A stretch of 63,170 bases of DNA, filler included, from Octopus bimaculoides (GCF_001194135.2; 6 parts of 5 records of this genome joined end to end with filler, not necessarily neighbours in it), one strand, 5' to 3'; positions 38,296 through 51,001 are shown, counted from the whole stretch's first letter. A program made the numbers and translations. Notes: generated from the sequence alone by a model not told the origin.

Positions 38296-40351
38296 TTCTT
38301 TCTTCTATCTTCGTTTTCTCTTTGTTCTGTTTATCACTTTTTGTCAATTCGCATCCGTGCATGCAAAAATCGCTTTGCTTTTGGAGGGCATATCCAGAGC
38401 TGTCTGCTTCATTTCTTGTTTCTACCTTGCCCTGATCTTCTGACAGAACAAACTAGAAATCCGTGATCTGTGCAATTAATGAGACTAATAATCTGAGACC
38501 TGAATCTACCTTTTCCGACGTGGAAAGATTTAAGGGACTAGAATGCATAATTAGTTAAGCGAGAATTGGCAAGTGCAATCAATAACAAATTGTGCGTGTC
38601 ACAAACACTAGAAAATTAGAGCAGAATCCGTCAGTGTTAACAGAGAAGAAGTCAGTCAAGCGATTTGGAAGAGCCAAACAGAAATGGCATCACTTATGAT
38701 ATGTTGGTGGCAAGAATGACATTCCACTACTGACCTGGTTCTTGGTGCGAAATACGAGGGATGCATTCCTTTTGCTGGGCACGTTTTAACCAAATCCGTT
38801 CGTGTGTGTGTTTGGTGCATAGGTGCAGCATGGCATTCACAACTTGGTCTTTAAGCATGGACCGAACATACACTAACCTATTCCAGGCACTAGTAGGCGG
38901 TTTTATAACATTGTTTTACTGAACTGATCGCAAATATCGAAGGACTGAAGACAATACATTTCGATGGTTTTCTTCGCAGTCTTCTTCGACTGTCAGGAGG
39001 TGGATTGCAATCTTAGTCCGCTAAAATGTTCCGTGCATATTGGAATATTCTAGCATGTAATTGTCAAAGCTCTTCCCTAGTTGTATTCTCCGAGCGACAC
39101 GTGCATGGTAAGAGTAAGCCCATTCACTTGAGAACTATACTCTCATACTCTCACCAGATACTCAGCAAATTCATTGGAAGAGGAAACTTCAGTTGCAACC
39201 CACAGTTTTCTTTCCAAGTAGAAGTTGAAAGAGTTGATGGAGACCTCACTGGAAACAAAATTGCCTGGTCTTTGACCTTACTTCTTTCCGCCACTTCTAC
39301 TACACAGCCTCGTTCATTCCTTCTACCGAAACAACAGACAACTTCTTACTCTTTTCCTAGTAAACGGAAATAAAGTGGAGGATCATCGCGATAAAATCCG
39401 TCGATGGCTGGGTTCATCTTACATGCAACGACAGCAAAACTTCTGTCTAATTACACAACTCAGCAATGCTATAACACCGAAACACCGCGCAGAACGGTTC
39501 CGGTGTTCTGAGCGCATCTCATAACGTTTGCTCTGTAAGTAAATGTCTGTCTATCATCCTCGAAGCTACACCGATTATCTACGCAGAGAGATTGGCAGCA
39601 GGTGAACCGTAAAGCCAGTGGAGTGTATAAGAAGCAAACAATCCAAACTGGTCATGAAAAAACTAGAACTAATCTTTGATGACCGAGTAGTAATTAATAA
39701 CAGGGGGCGGTATGTATATTTGCCTCATTTCGGCCGTTCAAGAATTATTTACTTTCAGCCCATTTCTGCACACCACTGCTCCAAACTGCCACCCAGTTCC
39801 TATCTAATTGGAAGGTTGGAATGAGCCAAATGCGGAGTAACATAATCTATCCGTCTATCCAGTACCTCTCGATGCTGATTTATGAGACAAATATAAATTT
39901 AGGAGTAAAAGAAGACAAACACATAAAAGGTTTGTCTCTCTTTTTATTCAATCCTGATACACATATTTCTTAAATCCAAATCTTGTTCCGGTGGATAATA
40001 TTACTCTGATTAAGATGTTGAATATTTGGATTTCTACTCAGACTACCACTAATCTAGTGCTTATCTATTCTACGCTTCTAAAACCGTCTTCTCATCCCTT
40101 CAATATATGCGTGTGTGNNNNNNNNNNGTGTGTACGTGTGTGTGTACGTGTGTGTGTGTGTGTGTGTTTGTGTGAGGGTTGTGTGTGAAGGTCAATGCTA
40201 AAGCATAGACACAGACGATGGGATGGAAGAAGGAAACGGGTAAATATAAAAGTATAGACACGTGAGTACGCACACATACACACACATTCTCCCTTTCTGT
40301 GTCTCTGTCTGTCAATCTGTCTGTTTATCTCTCTCTCTCTCTTTGTCACTT

Positions 40352-40390
<39 letters not shown>

Positions 40391-40852
40391 CACACGCATA
40401 TATACACGTAAACACACATACACACATAGCATTTATATGTATTGTTTTGTAGTTTGGAATGTGGGTTAAGCTAAGTCGAAAACCATGTCCCCAAAAACAC
40501 GTCAATACTTATGAGAGTATAAATACCTACGTAACACATACATATCATTAAAAAAAAACACACACACACACACGTAATGTATGCATACGCTTATTCATGC
40601 ACCAGTCATACAAATACATACATACATACATACATACATACATACATACATACATACATACGTAGTTAAAGACATATACGTATGCATAATAAAGAGAAAG
40701 GTAAAAAGCTGGACTGAGAGTCAGAACGGAAATGCAGGCAGACAAAAAGATGGAGAGATACAAAGTTTTTAATGAATATGTCCACGAGGATACATCAATA
40801 ATGTTTTCGGTCTCTGTTATGGCTCGAGGCATATATGAAGACTCTATGTAAA

Positions 40853-40952
40853 NNNNNNNNNNNNNNNNNNNNNNNNNNNNNNNNNNNNNNNNNNNNTTAA
40901 TTAATTAANNNNNNNNNNNNNNNNNNNNNNNNNNNNNNNNNNNNNNNNNNNN
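40853..40952. other. Artificial assembly spacer 4
   Basis: Same pattern. Confidence 0.95.
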
Positions 40953-41041
40953 TTTTCCTTCCTTCCCCCTCCCAAAAAGAAAAGCACTACATTGTATTTG
41001 TCCCATCTTCGTTGAGCCCTGTGTGGCTAATAAAAGAAATG

Positions 41042-41104
<63 letters not shown>

Positions 41105-41108
41105 TTGT

Positions 41109-41165
<57 letters not shown>

Positions 41166-41604
41166 GATCATTGGTATCATTTAAAATGCTAGAACTAGAA
41201 CAATGCAAAAGCACATTGTGATCACGTCGGTCACGTGATATTTATGCATACACGTGTATTCTCATGTGGCACGCCTTAAGTATTGTAAAGAATCTTTCCA
41301 CATGAAACCATTAGTAGCCTTATTGACCCGCAGATAAAGTATACATACATGCACATTCACATACACGCGCACACACACGCAAACACACACACACATACGC
41401 ACACACACACACACATACATGACAGTGGATCTCTGGCATTCGACGTTGATTATTCTGTTGTTTCATCCACTGAATTATCTGTTATTGAATTTACATGTAA
41501 GTGACCAATCATTCTACAGACCCATATACCCTTAACCATGTTCTCACCCATAATCTGCCTGAAGGTGTGTGACAAAATCATTCGTTTCCGAATTCCAGGA
41601 ACAA

Positions 41605-41770
41605 TTTATCGGACGGGTTTCTCTACAGTTTCTTGTTTACCCAATTTTCCTTACATGTTACGGGTAAACCGGCGGCTATAGTAAATAAAATTTGTCCCAA
41701 ATAACACCAGTGGGATTGGATCATGGCTAGACCTCATGGTGGCGAAGTAAAGATTTAAAAGATTCCTGCT
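41605..41770 (-). mobile_element. Very diverged family B-like 5' fragment
   Basis: GACGGGTTTCTCTACAGTTTC..TACCCAATT..GGCTATAGTA..CAGTGGGATTG parallels family B. Confidence 0.5.
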
Positions 41771-43363
41771 TACTATGCCGACATGAAGAAATTCACTTAA
41801 GTGTTCATTAATCATAAATTAAGCACCAAGTCTTCACGGCGATATTCGAAATTCTTTTAAGAAGTGATATGACATGCAAACTTTAGAAATACGATATAAC
41901 TTGGAAACTTAGATGAGATAACATATTGATAATAATTACGTGATACAAATCACATAAATCATCATACAACAAGTATCTTATTTACAGCATCAACGCATCG
42001 ATAACATCCAAAAGCGAGAACGTCTCCATTAACTTTAATGATATATTGCATAATTAGCATTGTGAATCTTCCTCGAAAGTCATTTATTGTAAGATGGTTA
42101 TTTTTTAATATACTATTCCAATTTCTCTCCGTTGCATGACACACGAATAGTCAGTTGATTTCTCATCCTCTCTCTCACAATACATATATAAGCTAAACGA
42201 CAATCTCAAGTGATGCAACATTCCCTTTCCTTCGGGGGAAAAACAAAACATCAGAACGCAGGACTTGGCGCCAGTCCTGCTTCTCCTCAGTTCAAAGAGC
42301 TGAGCAAAGTCGACTCCGACACCGGGACCAGCTTGGCGCAAGCATGAAGACACGCTGGGAAAATGCTGCTTCTCTAAATGAAGACTTTACCTGTCATTGA
42401 GGTTTTGTGCTACACAGCAAAACACTCCAAAAAACACAATGAATCATCAACAAGCATTCAACAAACTACGTCCTCAAATTGTTCCATTTGTCAATAGGTA
42501 TGTAAGACATCAGCAGGCCTCAAGAGACACATTTGTGTCTATAGAACATGATTGATGCTTTATTTTATCTAACCCTTATTTGTCGTTCATGACATGAGAA
42601 TTCATCATTATATATATAAATTGCGGTTAAGGACATAATATTTCTTTTTGTTACTAGCATAATATACTAACAATTATACTAAAGGTTTACAAGTCAATAT
42701 TTGTTATATATCACATTAAGAAAAGATAAAATACCGAGAGCGTGCGCACACACTTGCGTGCATACATTCACACATACACTCACACCCGCATATAAATACG
42801 TAAAAGAAGTGCATACGCAAAAAGGACTCAGTCTAAAACGAAGTCGGAAAGTTCAGTTGCCGTGTTTCGTTTGGAACAGAGACAGAAATGCTTTGAAATG
42901 CACAGTATTACAAACTGTTAGTGTAGTGTGGCTTTTGAATTCCTACTCTTCTTCGGAAACAAGGAACATGGGAAAGTCCAAAAGAAGAGACAGGAGGAAA
43001 AAAGTCGCCAACAGTCCAATGACATTGGTGACTAATTCGTTCGCAGGTTTACAACCTAAAGGCAGAAGTATATAGGTCACAATCTTGAACAAAGGTACTA
43101 ATCAGCACCAACTTATCTCCCTTGTCAGCTCATTAAGATAGTGCTTCTGTGGCTATTAAATTGTTTTGACTATTATTTCTAGCAATACTGGTGCGAATTA
43201 GTGCCCTTNNNNNNNNNNNNNNNNNNNNNNNNNNNNNNNNNNNNNNNNNNNNNNNNNNNNNNNNNNNNNNNNNNNNNNNNNNNNNNNNNNNNNNNNNNNN
43301 NNNNNNNNNNNNNNNNNNNNNNNNNNNNNNNNNNNNNNNNNNNNNNNNNNNNNNNNNNNNNNN

Positions 43364-43399
<36 letters not shown>

Positions 43400-43439
43400 T
43401 AAAAGAGAGATATCAGGCAGTTGAGGCCATTGGAACGAC

Positions 43440-43495
43440 CACAAAGGAAACAGAAATAGTAAGTGGTGTTCCACAGGGCAGTCTCTTAAGGCCAC
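43440..43495 (+). pseudogene. Short LINE reverse-transcriptase motif fragment
   Basis: TKETEIVSGVPQGSLLRP resembles the SGVPQGSVLGP motif of non-LTR RTs; only about 18 codons visible. Confidence 0.45.
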
Positions 43496-43670
43496 ATGAC
43501 AATTAAAAAAGCACAAGGACAAACGCCGAAAGTTGTCAGATATGACCTTCGTACGTCCTGCTTTTCACATGGACACTTCTACGTCGGTTGTACCCGAGTT
43601 GGTCATCCAGGCAACTTATTCATCTATGCCCCCGAAGGTAAAACCAAACAGTCCTACAGTAAGTACTCCT
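43496..43670 (+). pseudogene. Helitron Rep/Helicase C-terminal fragment (PIF1-like motifs V-VI)
   Basis: MTIKKAQGQTPKVVRYDLRTSCFSHGHFYVGCTRVGHPGNLFIYAPEGKTK matches the Helitron pattern AMTINKAQGQTLxxVGxDLxxxCFSHGQLYVAxSRV. Confidence 0.85.
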
Positions 43671-44295
43671 CTACTTCAATCTTTACATCTACGCCAAACT
43701 GTAGCCCTTAGCAATCAGACTTCCTACAAGCATCTCATTGATACTTTGCCTCATTTTCGTGATTGATGTTAACAGTACATTACCTTCAATGACCCTTCTT
43801 ACTTCATTCACACTGTTCCCTCATAAGCGTGCTCTGACATTTATATTTGTACATGTCATTTTTCTATTTGTGTCTTTGCTATAAATGTTTGATTTAGTTT
43901 ATCATACATGACTTTCAATTAAAAAAGCTTCAACGCGGTTATGTCCGGTATTGTGAGTAAAATAACTACATGCTACAAAACGCTTCAGGTAAGAAATAGG
44001 GTCCCTAATGCCTACTGCAATTGCAATCTCATTTCAAGGATCTTAATTTATTACTAGCTGCTAAATTTGTGTTAAAAAAACCTTATTCATTACCTAGGTT
44101 TCTTAATACCATATAATAAACTGCTAACGAAATTGGTAATTTTACATTTTACGTTTATCAGCTTGAAACCTCCTCTAACTGCGGGCTAATTCAACTTAGG
44201 TTGGTTTGTGGATATATGCACCACAGAATCCAAGAAACTGACCTTATGGTTAGGAAAGACTCGAGAAGGACATTTGGCTCGGGAAGGCTCGGGAA

Positions 44296-44618
44296 GGACA
44301 AAGAGCCAACGTGTAATTTTGCATTAAACTTGGGAACTTTGGTACAAATACATTGAGCATGCTTCGGGAATCTTACGGTGACGAATCAATGGGTCATTTT
44401 AACACCGTTGTCGAGATTCGGAGTGAATCGCAGAAGATCCTCGATTCGCTTACGGAAAACGACTTCCAGGTCGCGTTCTAAAAGTAGCGGGAACGCTGAG
44501 ACCGGTGTATTGCTGCGCAAAGTGACTAATTCGAAAAGAATTATGTTAAAACTTAGGCAAAAAAATGTATTTTTGATTAAACGTAACTAGTCCGGGAACA
44601 TTTTAATACCACCTCGTA
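44296..44618 (+). mobile_element. Internally deleted mariner relic with 3' TIR (irritans-type end)
   Basis: QRANV*FCIKLG...LSMLRESYGDESMG joined in frame to FNTVVEIRSESQKILDSLTENDFQ...DRCIAAQSD*FE; 3' TIR reverse complement TA-CGAGGTGGTATTAAAATGTTCCCGGAC; 5' TIR not found. Confidence 0.85.
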
Positions 44619-44644
44619 TGTATGTATGTATGTATGTATGTATG

Positions 44645-44699
<55 letters not shown>

Positions 44700-45379
44700 G
44701 CATGTGTATGTGTGTGTTGTGTGTGTGTGTGTGTGGTGTGTGTGTGTGCGTGTGCGTGTGCAACCTTTCATACTCCCACACCATGTTTTCTCCGTCACTC
44801 GAGGCGCCTTCTTTATTTGTTATCCAACTATCAATTTATCTCTCACTAAGCAATGCTATTCAAAGGTTATTTCTTCAGCTCTTCTCCTCCATCAATATTG
44901 TTTTATCGGAGAGGAGTAAAGGCTAAACAATGTGACATCATATCCGAAAAGTCATTAACTACTAATTAACCACAAATGATGTCCTAATTTCACAACAATA
45001 CTTCCTAGTGGCCTTTCTGATGGATTTTCACTCAGAAACGATGTAAACTATCCACGATCTTCTCATATTCTTGCTGTCGTCTGCTCTCATAGAGACCAAC
45101 TATCGTTAAGTTTGATATTTTAAGTTCATTGCTACGAATATAGTGCACTTCTGTGATCGAGCAGTTATCACTTTCTTCCTTCCCTCCTTCCTTCCTTCCT
45201 TCCTTCCTTCCTTCCTTCCTTCCTTCCTTCCTTCCTTCCTTCCTTTGTTTCTTTCTTTGCACCTCTCCCTCTCATTCTGTGTGTAGCTCTCTCTCTCGTT
45301 CTGTCTCTCTGTTTGTCTGCCTGCCTGTCTGCCTCTCTCAGTCTCCCCCTATCTCCCCCTCTCTTTCAACTATAGACTG

Positions 45380-45485
45380 CACGGGTCTATAGTAGAACAC
45401 TTCTTCCCATGGTGCAGTGTGGTGAGTTTCGAACTCGAAGCCACACGGTTGTAAAGCGAGCGTCTTAACCACACATTCATGCCTA
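45380..45485 (-). mobile_element. Diverged SINE family B-like head
   Basis: CTATAGTAGAACACTT..GGTGCAGTGTGG..TTCGAACTC..CTTAACCACAC..GCCT. Confidence 0.65.
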
Positions 45486-45544
45486 CAAATATATGGGCTT
45501 TAACTTTTATTTGCATAATGTTTCGACAAAAACCTCCCATGTAT

Positions 45545-45881
45545 GCGCAGGAGTGGCTGTGTGGCAAGTAGCTTGATCACCAACCACATGGTGCTTGGTT
45601 CAGTCCCACAGCGTGGCACCTTGGGCAAGTGTCTTCTACTATAGCCTCGGGACGACCAAAGTCTTGTGAGTGGTTTTGGTAGACGGAAACTGGAAGAAGC
45701 CCGTAGTATATGTATCTGGAGTGTTTGCGTTCCCGTAACTTAGCGGTTCGGCAAAAGAGACCGATAGAATAAGTACTAGGCTTACAAAGAATAAGCTCTG
45801 CGGTCGATTTGCTCGGCTATAAAGGCGGTGCTCCATCATGGCCGCAGTCAAATGACTGAAACAAGTAAAAGAGTAAAAGAG
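45545..45881 (+). mobile_element. Young SINE family B copy lacking the central microsatellite segment
   Basis: Near-identical to the reverse complement of 25873-26279 except a central deletion (GTATATGTAT joined to CTGGAGTGTTT). Confidence 0.93.
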
Positions 45882-46346
45882 TATTCTTAGAGCCTCCTAA
45901 TTTTTCTTCATAAAATAATTCAATCCCAGATTGCAGATTAAAACATGTATAATGTTCTCTATTGTACAATAGTCGTCTCAGTTATATAACTAACATCTAG
46001 GCCCATTCACATAAATATGTATTCTACACTTATGTATCTAGCTATTCAACTGTTTTATAATCTCAATACCTCTTCTTCTATCTCTTTCTAGATAGATTAT
46101 AACAACAACAACAACAACAATGTATGTATGTATGTATTACATTCCTGGCATGTGTTTCAAATTTGTTTGAGCACACCAAACAACGGAGGCTGCTGTTTTC
46201 AGATAATTCAGTTCACATCATCGTAATTTCATATCTGCTAAAGAAAAAACTTCCAGTGAGTTGTAGTCTTGTTGAAAGCTTCATATGATATGTCACTTTT
46301 ATCTCTCCTCTGCTCCAGATGATATATCGGCCAGAAAAACATTACT

Positions 46347-46382
<36 letters not shown>

Positions 46383-46528
46383 TCTGTATATCCGCCCGTA
46401 CATATAAAAACCTATATGTACATTTATATATGCACATATATATAAATAAATACGCACTCACACACATATATACATCCAAAGTTAGACTTCGCTCCAACAC
46501 CAAAGATTCAAGTGTGTGCACAGACATA

Positions 46529-46568
<40 letters not shown>

Positions 46569-47106
46569 TACACGCACATACATGAATGAATACATACACG
46601 TTTAGCTACATTCACATAGTCACATCCACACATCCACCCACCATAACACATTGTGTAATACCAAGAGAGTTCTTCTAGTTTCTAGCACTGAACGAACTCA
46701 TGATCATCCGCTGAAGAGATCGATGCCCAGGACTCCAAGACTATTGTGAGTTTAGTTTCCATTCAACATGTTAGTCTAAAAGAGAATCTCTTTACTTTGA
46801 CTACCGAAGATTTCTGCTGACCGATACCTTAGTAATGAAAAGGAAAATTTGTGTAACCCCTTGAGCACTTTCACTACGTATATATAGATACAAATACGCG
46901 CGCACGCACACACACACGCGCACATCTATAGTGATATANNNNNNNNNNNNNNNNNNNNNNNNNNNNNNNNNNNNNNNNNNNNNNNNNNNNNNNNNNNNNN
47001 NNNNNNNNNNNNNNNNNNNNNNNNNNNNNNNNNNNNNNNNNNNNNNNNNNNNNNNNNNNNNNNNNNNNNNNNNNNNNNNNNNNNNNNNNNNNNNNNNNNN
47101 NNNNNN

Positions 47107-47150
<44 letters not shown>

Positions 47151-47349
47151 ATGATGTAAATATAGTAATAAAACTTCTTGGGCTTGATATACAAAATATA
47201 TACATTTGCATTCATGCAAATTGAGAGAGAAAGAGAGAGAGGGAGAAAGAGAAAGAGGGAGAGGGAGAGAGAGAAAGAGGGAGAGGGAGAGAGAGAAAGA
47301 AAGAAACATAGAGAGAGGGAGAGAGAGATAGATAGATAGATAGAGAGAC

Positions 47350-47426
<77 letters not shown>

Positions 47427-47867
47427 AAAGACTGAAAGTTTTCAGACGATGAATATTCACGTATAACTATATTGATATTTATATACTAACAGCAAAGTTA
47501 CACAGATTAGAAAGTCACAGAGAATTAAAGAGGAGAAAGTATGGTACTACAAGTTCGACAGGGAACTAGGAGTTAATTCTTAATGTTGCCAGATGTAGTT
47601 CTCCAAAATATGGAGCAAGTAATGGAAGGAAATAAACAACGGATAGATCCGGCCTCTATCTTCAGACTAGGGAGATACAATTTTTTATAACTGATGTCTG
47701 TTTACATCCCATTAACATAGCGGTCCGGCAACGGCATACATAGACTAAGTACTAGACGTTCCAAGGTGCGACGTTTAAATTGTCGCCATTTGATATTTTT
47801 TTAAATTTTTGCTTTGTCTACTACACAGTATAGTAGGGTCAGTTGAGCACCCACAGTATAGTATGGT

Positions 47868-48016
47868 CAGTTTTCGTCTACAAAATCCACTCACGAGGCT
47901 TTGGTCGGCCCGAAGCTATAGTAGGAAACATTTGCTCAAGGTGCCATGTAGTGGGACTGAACCCAGAAGCATGTGGTTGGTAAACAAGCTACTTAGCACA
48001 CAGTTACTCTTGCACA
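47868..48016 (-). mobile_element. SINE family B 5' half inserted in the maT relic
   Basis: TCCACTCACGAGGCTTTGGTCGGCCCGAAGCTATAG...GTGGGACTGAACCC. Confidence 0.88.
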
Positions 48017-48050
48017 TATATATATACCCACACACATACATACATTCAAA

Positions 48051-48494
48051 TTCACACTGCCAGAAAATTTGAAACGACATGCTGTACTGCTTGGCATTCA
48101 CGCCGGAAGCTCTAATACTATCATTTCAGAGTGTTTGGGTGTTAATCTGAGGACAGGGCAATCTGAGGACATGTACCGAGAGTAATAATAATCAAACATC
48201 CAGTCAGCATCATGGAATTTGGAGTGACCACTAATGATGGCAACGTTATGCCTCTTTTCATCTTCCCACACGACCTCAGACTCAACATAGAGGCCTTCAT
48301 CAAATGCCCGGAGGAGCTAGTGCTACCCTGGGTCATAGGGTAGCTGCTGGTAGACCCTATGTCTGGCAACAAAACTGGCAACACCATGACACACAAGCAG
48401 GAGAACCCAGTCATGGCTGTCAGACAATTTCTGCGATCACATCACCCCTAAATCTGGCCACCTAATTACCCAGATTGAAATCCCCTTGATTATT
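48051..48494 (+). pseudogene. maT/DD37D-like transposase relic
   Basis: N-terminal LKRHAVLLGIHAGSSNTIISECLGVNLRT, then VPRVIIIKHPVSIMEFGV...VLPW, VAAGRPYVWQQ, HTSRRTQSWLSDNF and a frameshifted WPPNxPDxNPLDY. Confidence 0.85.
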
Positions 48495-48634
48495 TCAAGA
48501 TATCTTTTATGTAATTTTGGTAAATATATCTGTTAAAATGAGATATCAGTGTTATTTTCATTTTTGTGTAATCTACACGGCAGTTTATTCAGTGCAGCCT
48601 GTATGTGTGTATATATATATATTCTTTTCTTTTT

Positions 48635-48816
48635 GTTTCTTTTACTTTTTTAGTCATTTGACTGCGGCCATGCTAGAGCACCACCTTTAGTTGAACAAAT
48701 CGATCCCAGGACTTATTCTTTGTAAGTCTAGTCCTTATTCGATCAGTCTCTAGTGCTGAACTACTAGGTTACGGGGACGTACACAACACCAGCATCAGTT
48801 GGAAGGAGGACAAACA

Positions 48817-48868
<52 letters not shown>

Positions 48869-49242
48869 NNNNNNNNNNNNNNNNNNNNNNNNNNNNNNNN
48901 NNNNNNNNNNNNNNNNNNNNNNNNNNNNNNNNNNNNNNNNNNNNNNNNNNNNNNNNNNNNNNNNNNNNNNNNNNNNNNNNNNNNNNNNNNNNNNNNNNNN
49001 NNNNNNNNNNNNNNNNNNNNNNNNNNNNNNNNNNNNNNNNNNNNNNNNNNNNNNNNNNNNNNNNNNNNNNNNNNNNNNNNNNNNNNNNNNNNNNNNNNNN
49101 NNNNNNNTATATATATATATATATGACGGGCTACTTTCAGTTTCCGTCTACCAAATCCACTCACGAGGCTTTGGTCGGCCCGAAGCTATAGAAGGAAACA
49201 CTTGCTCAAGGTGCCATGTAGTGGGACTGAACCCGGAACCAG
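48635..49242 (-). mobile_element. SINE family B copy split by a gap in its central microsatellite; head truncated
   Basis: 3' half 48635-48810 and 5' half 49125-49242 colinear with family B. Confidence 0.88.
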
Positions 49243-50024
49243 TATATTTACGCATATATATACTCATACATACATTCATATCTACACGCATACATACATA
49301 GAAAGAAAAATGCCCTGTTGTTTATGTTGAAATTCCAATGAAGGAGCCTTTGATTAGTTTAGAAACCGGCTCTATTAGCAAGAAATCTTGAAATAAAACT
49401 GAACGATGACATACATACATACGTACACACATACACACACACAGACACACACACAGACACACACATATATATGTGTATATATATATACACTCATACCTAC
49501 ATACATTAATAACGCACATACATACATGTATATATACAAAGATATATACATACACACATACACACCTACATACACACACATACGTAAAAAAAAAACCCTC
49601 ATAACATCAGCCACCATTTTAAACATTGCTGTTATTTATATACAATGAAACTAAAACAGTTATTCTTGGATAATTTATCTTGGAGAAAACCTCCAAAATG
49701 ATAGATTCCGTCTGTCAATTTTCTGATTACCCGTTCCCGTTTATATTACTTGTGTTTATTTTGTTATCGTTTTTCCTTTGTTTTATTCTATATTGAGATT
49801 ATTAAATAGGTGTCGTCTGCCATCACAATGTTTCACCTCTCTCTCCTGGTTTCCATGAAGTTTTAGAAATATCGTTTTGGAGAAAGATTGATGCCTTTAG
49901 TATCTTCCCCCCAAGGAATGATATCACCGAACAATGCAAATGAATAATCGATCTAGATTCAGATGGAAATATGTTTATAAATCGTACCAGGAAAGAAAAT
50001 ACATATATTCTCTGACTGTATGTT

Positions 50025-50055
<31 letters not shown>

Positions 50056-50078
50056 ATGTATGCATACATGTATGTATG

Positions 50079-50109
<31 letters not shown>

Positions 50110-50260
50110 GCATTTATGTATATATGTATGCATTTATCTATGCTTGCATATATATACATATATAGATAAATATGAATATATATATATGTTTACATGTGTG
50201 TAAACATATATATATTTACACACATACATACGTATATATATACATACGTATATATATACG

Positions 50261-50304
<44 letters not shown>

Positions 50305-50946
50305 TCTGTTTGTCAGTATACATATACGAATATAGGTATGCATCACATATACATATACATATATATATATATATAATAATATTGTGCTTTTAATTATTAA
50401 TTTTTCTATATGTGATACTGGATTTTCATCGATGAGTTCTTGAAAATTGGTTATTTTCCCTATATATATAACATATTAAAGGGGGTGCTTATTAGCAATT
50501 AGAACCTAAAGTCAANNNNNNNNNNNNNNNNNNNNNNNNNNNNNNNNNNNNNNNNNNNNNNNNNNNNNNNNNNNNNNNNNNNNNNNNNNNNNNNNNNNNN
50601 NNNNNNNNNNNNNNNNNNNNNNNNNNNNNNNNNNNNNNNNNNNNNNNNNNNNNNNNNNNNNNNNNNNNNNNNNNNNNNNNNNNNNNNNNNNNNNNNNNNN
50701 NNNNNNNNNNNNNNNNNNNNNNNNNNNNNNNNNNNNNNNNNNNNNNNNNNNNNNNNNNNNNNNNNNNNNNNNNNNNNNNNNNNNNNNNNNNNNNNNNNNN
50801 NNNNNNNNNNNNNNNNNNNNNNNNNNNNNNNNNNNNNNNNNNNNNNNNNNNNNNNNNNNNNNNNNNNNNNNNNNNNNNNNNNNNNNNNNNNNNNNNNNNN
50901 NNNNNNNNNNNNNNNNNNNNNNNNNNNNNNNNNNNNNNNNNNNNNN

Positions 50947-51001
<55 letters not shown>

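Larger units (their letters stand above)
47762..48603 (+). mobile_element. Internally deleted maT/DD37D-like (Tc1/mariner) element interrupted by a SINE
   Basis: Imperfect TIR-like ends (about 15/24 identity; TA only at right end) enclosing a transposase relic; boundaries tentative. Confidence 0.6.

Noticed and set aside
41221-41270. Cluster of E-box/CLEAR-like motifs (GGTCACGTGAT, CACGTG, CATGTG)
   Set aside because: Similar GGTCA(C/T)GTGAT words occur near 9706, 22921 and 32670, suggesting a dispersed repeat remnant; no nearby gene start.
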